A stretch of DNA of 64,000 nucleotides. Origin: Paecilomyces variotii. Lineage: Eukaryota. Shown here piece after piece: positions 61,370-64,000 of the stretch. The position numbers and the translations under genes are program-made. Location of the stretch: NCBI GenBank assembly GCA_004022145.1, contig RCNU01000004.1. One strand, written 5' to 3'. Within the stretch, counting starts at the first letter, position 1. Each line of letters starts with the position of its first letter. The notes beneath the pieces were generated by a model. That model was not told the origin of the DNA. It searched no databases and saw only the letters and a program-made list of their open reading frames with translations.

Positions 61370-63129
61370 ACTGCTACCGCGTTGATGTTCGCCTGGTCGC
61401 CAATTCTCCACGCCTTCGGAGCGGGAGCAGGAAACTGTACAAAGACAGCGGAATCGTTATCGTCAGTGACGTAGCGGATTACTTTTATATCTGCGCCGCC
61501 GCACATCGGGAATATGTGCTGACCATCGATTGACCTTGATGCGGGTGCGGGCGTGAATACTTCCAGGACTGCCAATGACAGGCCCTTTCCGTTTCTGCGA
61601 AGTTCGAAACTCCTGTATTTTCTTTTTATATGTTTCATGTATATACTCTCTATAAGAGGTGCATACAGAACACCGACTTCCATTCAATCGCTTCACCATT
61701 GTGCTACCAATGTGACCCCTTTTTGAACAGATCAGCTCATCTTGGTGAGAACGCATCATTTCCCGTGCAGATGTACTAGGTCGTTAGTTAGCGAAGGTCG
61801 GGCATCGATCGACTCTGATCATCCAGGGGTTTTGTCGTTTGTCGTTTGGTGGGCCTTGCTGATCGCTGACATAAGCATCTCTGCCGTGTCCGATCCCGGA
61901 TGTTTTCTGCCTGAACTCCGAGGCAGAAAGTTCCACCCTCCATCGTTGATCATCGTCAAAGTCCCATCATTCTCCCAATATCTACAATTTCGGATCTTGT
62001 CTCGTCTTTAGTATCTATATGTGTTCATAATGGTAATTCGACTGTGACTCCTTGTCTTGGATTTTGCTTCTATGATCTTCTCCTCCGTACCCGCGCATGT
62101 ACCAAGTATTGACTGTCTGAACGACGGGCTACTTCTGTCCCAGAGTGTATCTGATCCCACTTACCCTGGAAAACCCCGCAATGTAGGTGACATAAGTGTG
62201 TTGTATGACGCTCTTAAAGTCCAAGTCCACATGTGGGTTGGTTATCGAGTGATCTGGATGTACGCCATCTTCCATGTTGGTATAGAGTCTCGCAGCTTAA
62301 TTGACCTAAACACAGTCCTCCTCTGGCTGGCATATACTTATAACGACGGGCAGTTTGTGTGGTATGGCAAAAATAGTTATGGATGTCTTATTCCTTGGCC
62401 GATCTCATTCTTCGGCACCTGGCAAGTCCAGTTGTTGTCTGCGGTCTCTACGTCGCTATTGCTGTGAGATTCCCCACGAATGGCTGATAAGGTCTTATTG
62501 ACATCGGCCGGTCCGGCCGACAGTATGTTTACTATGAACTTCCGCATCAAGATGGCCAATCGCGCCTTTATTAACTCATCATATCGCCTCTCAAGGGGAC
62601 AGGTGACCTCCTCTTCGCTCGTCTCAGATCGATTACAGAAGAATAAAGCAGCACCTCTTCCTGATCTTCATGGTTCTTGTCTTGCAATGGATTTCTGCAG
62701 TGTCCCTGCTTGCAACAATACACGTCGCGTGCAATGCCAGGGCTGCTCCTCTTCTGCCCTGTGTTACATCGATTCTGTACTCGGGTATTTCCCAGGCGAC
62801 CCGGATGGTCTGACAGCAATCCTTTTGATATCACTATATGTCATTGTATCCTCCCCTGGGCAGCCTGTGGTAATTAACAGGTCTTGCGTTGCGTCTTTGC
62901 GTTCCCATGGATCTCCATCGGGAGGCTCATGCAATCGTCGGCACGAGTCTCCAGGAAGTTGACACCCAACGACGATATTTCTAAACGATCTACAAATTGG
63001 ACAGATTATGAGCATAACACTTGACTGACCCTATGAAATTAATGATATTTCAGTTCAGGTCGAATATCCAAGTGAGTAATGCGGGGTTTTTTAAAGACGA
63101 AAAGTTCATCCCATGCGCAGAAAAGGTGA

Positions 63130-63484
63130 CCTCAACCACCTAACGCGGATATACGCAACTGGTATCAGAAATCAACAAGTCCTATATCACCAATGGAAAG
63201 TGCCATTCTTGGCATATCCCAAATCGGACTATGCGAACTGGAGACCGGATATGAACCGATGACTCAAGGCATGGTACGCCACCGTCCCCTGCCCAGAGAA
63301 AGTGGGTTCAAAAGAGAAACTTCCCTCGCAAGCTCGGTGGGATGCTCTTCACTCTGGCGCCCTTCTCCTGCTATATCGTCCGAGTCCTGTCACACTGCCA
63401 ACTCTGGAGTCATTCGAGATGTGCGACAGCGTCAAGGATCCAGATCCAGAGCATCAAAACTCTTCTTGGCGGGATTCACATTGA
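63130..63484 (+). pseudogene. Decayed fragment resembling a fungal Zn2Cys6 transcription-factor middle-homology region
   Basis: Frameshifted pieces QLVSEINK/LYHQW..DYANWRPDMNR*LKAWYATVP..LHSGALLLLYRPSP, with an internal stop and no zinc cluster seen. Confidence 0.35.
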
Positions 63485-64000
63485 TGCATTGTGTCTTATA
63501 CTCAAGGGGGATCCAGCGGCAGATATCTCTTTCTAATTTAGCGAAGACAACACAAAGTTGCAGCAGTGTTCTTGCGATTTATCGCCCCTCCCCCCATCCT
63601 ATCTTGTTCCTGTGACATTCATCTAACGTTGTCTCTCTCTCGCTTCCTGTATCCTCTCACAAAACGCTTCCCCAATACAATTTCCTCCAGTGACAGCTTT
63701 GAAAACATCTCCACAGCCAGAATGAAATTGTATCTACTTCAAGCAAGACTCCCGAAATTAGCATCCATCCCCCTCGTAAGCCTGCTGAGCACCAAGTCTA
63801 CCATAACCTCACGTATCTCAAATCGCGCTAGTGAACAATCAAGAACTTGAGAACGTGATCGACAACTAGGACGTCAGACACGATGTTATCTTTCACCGCG
63901 CCTCAATTTGGTGAGATGAAATACTGAACCACGCAGCGCAGTGGTGGGATGATAGCACCTCTACGGAATGGGAGTCGATATGTATGAACCAGAACAAATC

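Overview
Eukaryotic, intron-containing DNA from a filamentous ascomycete (gene content and splice signals look Eurotiales-like; this is an inference). The left part (about 2-29.4 kb) is a dense housekeeping block: LPD1, tRNA-Glu, tRNA-Gln, a phosphohexo/pentomutase, sphingolipid delta-8 desaturase, a CUE3/ASCC2-like gene, RPS20, Amo1/Nup42, a Nudix-eIF2B-like fusion, an ELYS-like nucleoporin and SMC4. It is interrupted by a ~3 kb island carrying an intronless HNH nuclease gene between degenerate direct repeats. The right part (about 29.5-64 kb) is sparser and accessory-like: a MYND protein, GH92, a stand-alone adenylation domain, a purine nucleoside permease, GH16, CYP505, a RIP-destroyed Tc1 (DD34E) transposon and decayed gene remnants. 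The strongest candidate for an undescribed system is a convergent two-gene module at 39972-41518. It pairs a frameshifted AbiEii/DUF6036-like nucleotidyltransferase with an intact partner whose C-terminus resembles the partners of such NTases in bacterial toxin-antitoxin pairs, suggesting a fungal toxin-antitoxin or drive module that has lost its toxin. A RIP-degraded restriction-endonuclease-fold pseudogene at the window start is a third conflict-type gene. All family assignments come from motif recognition by eye; no searches were run.
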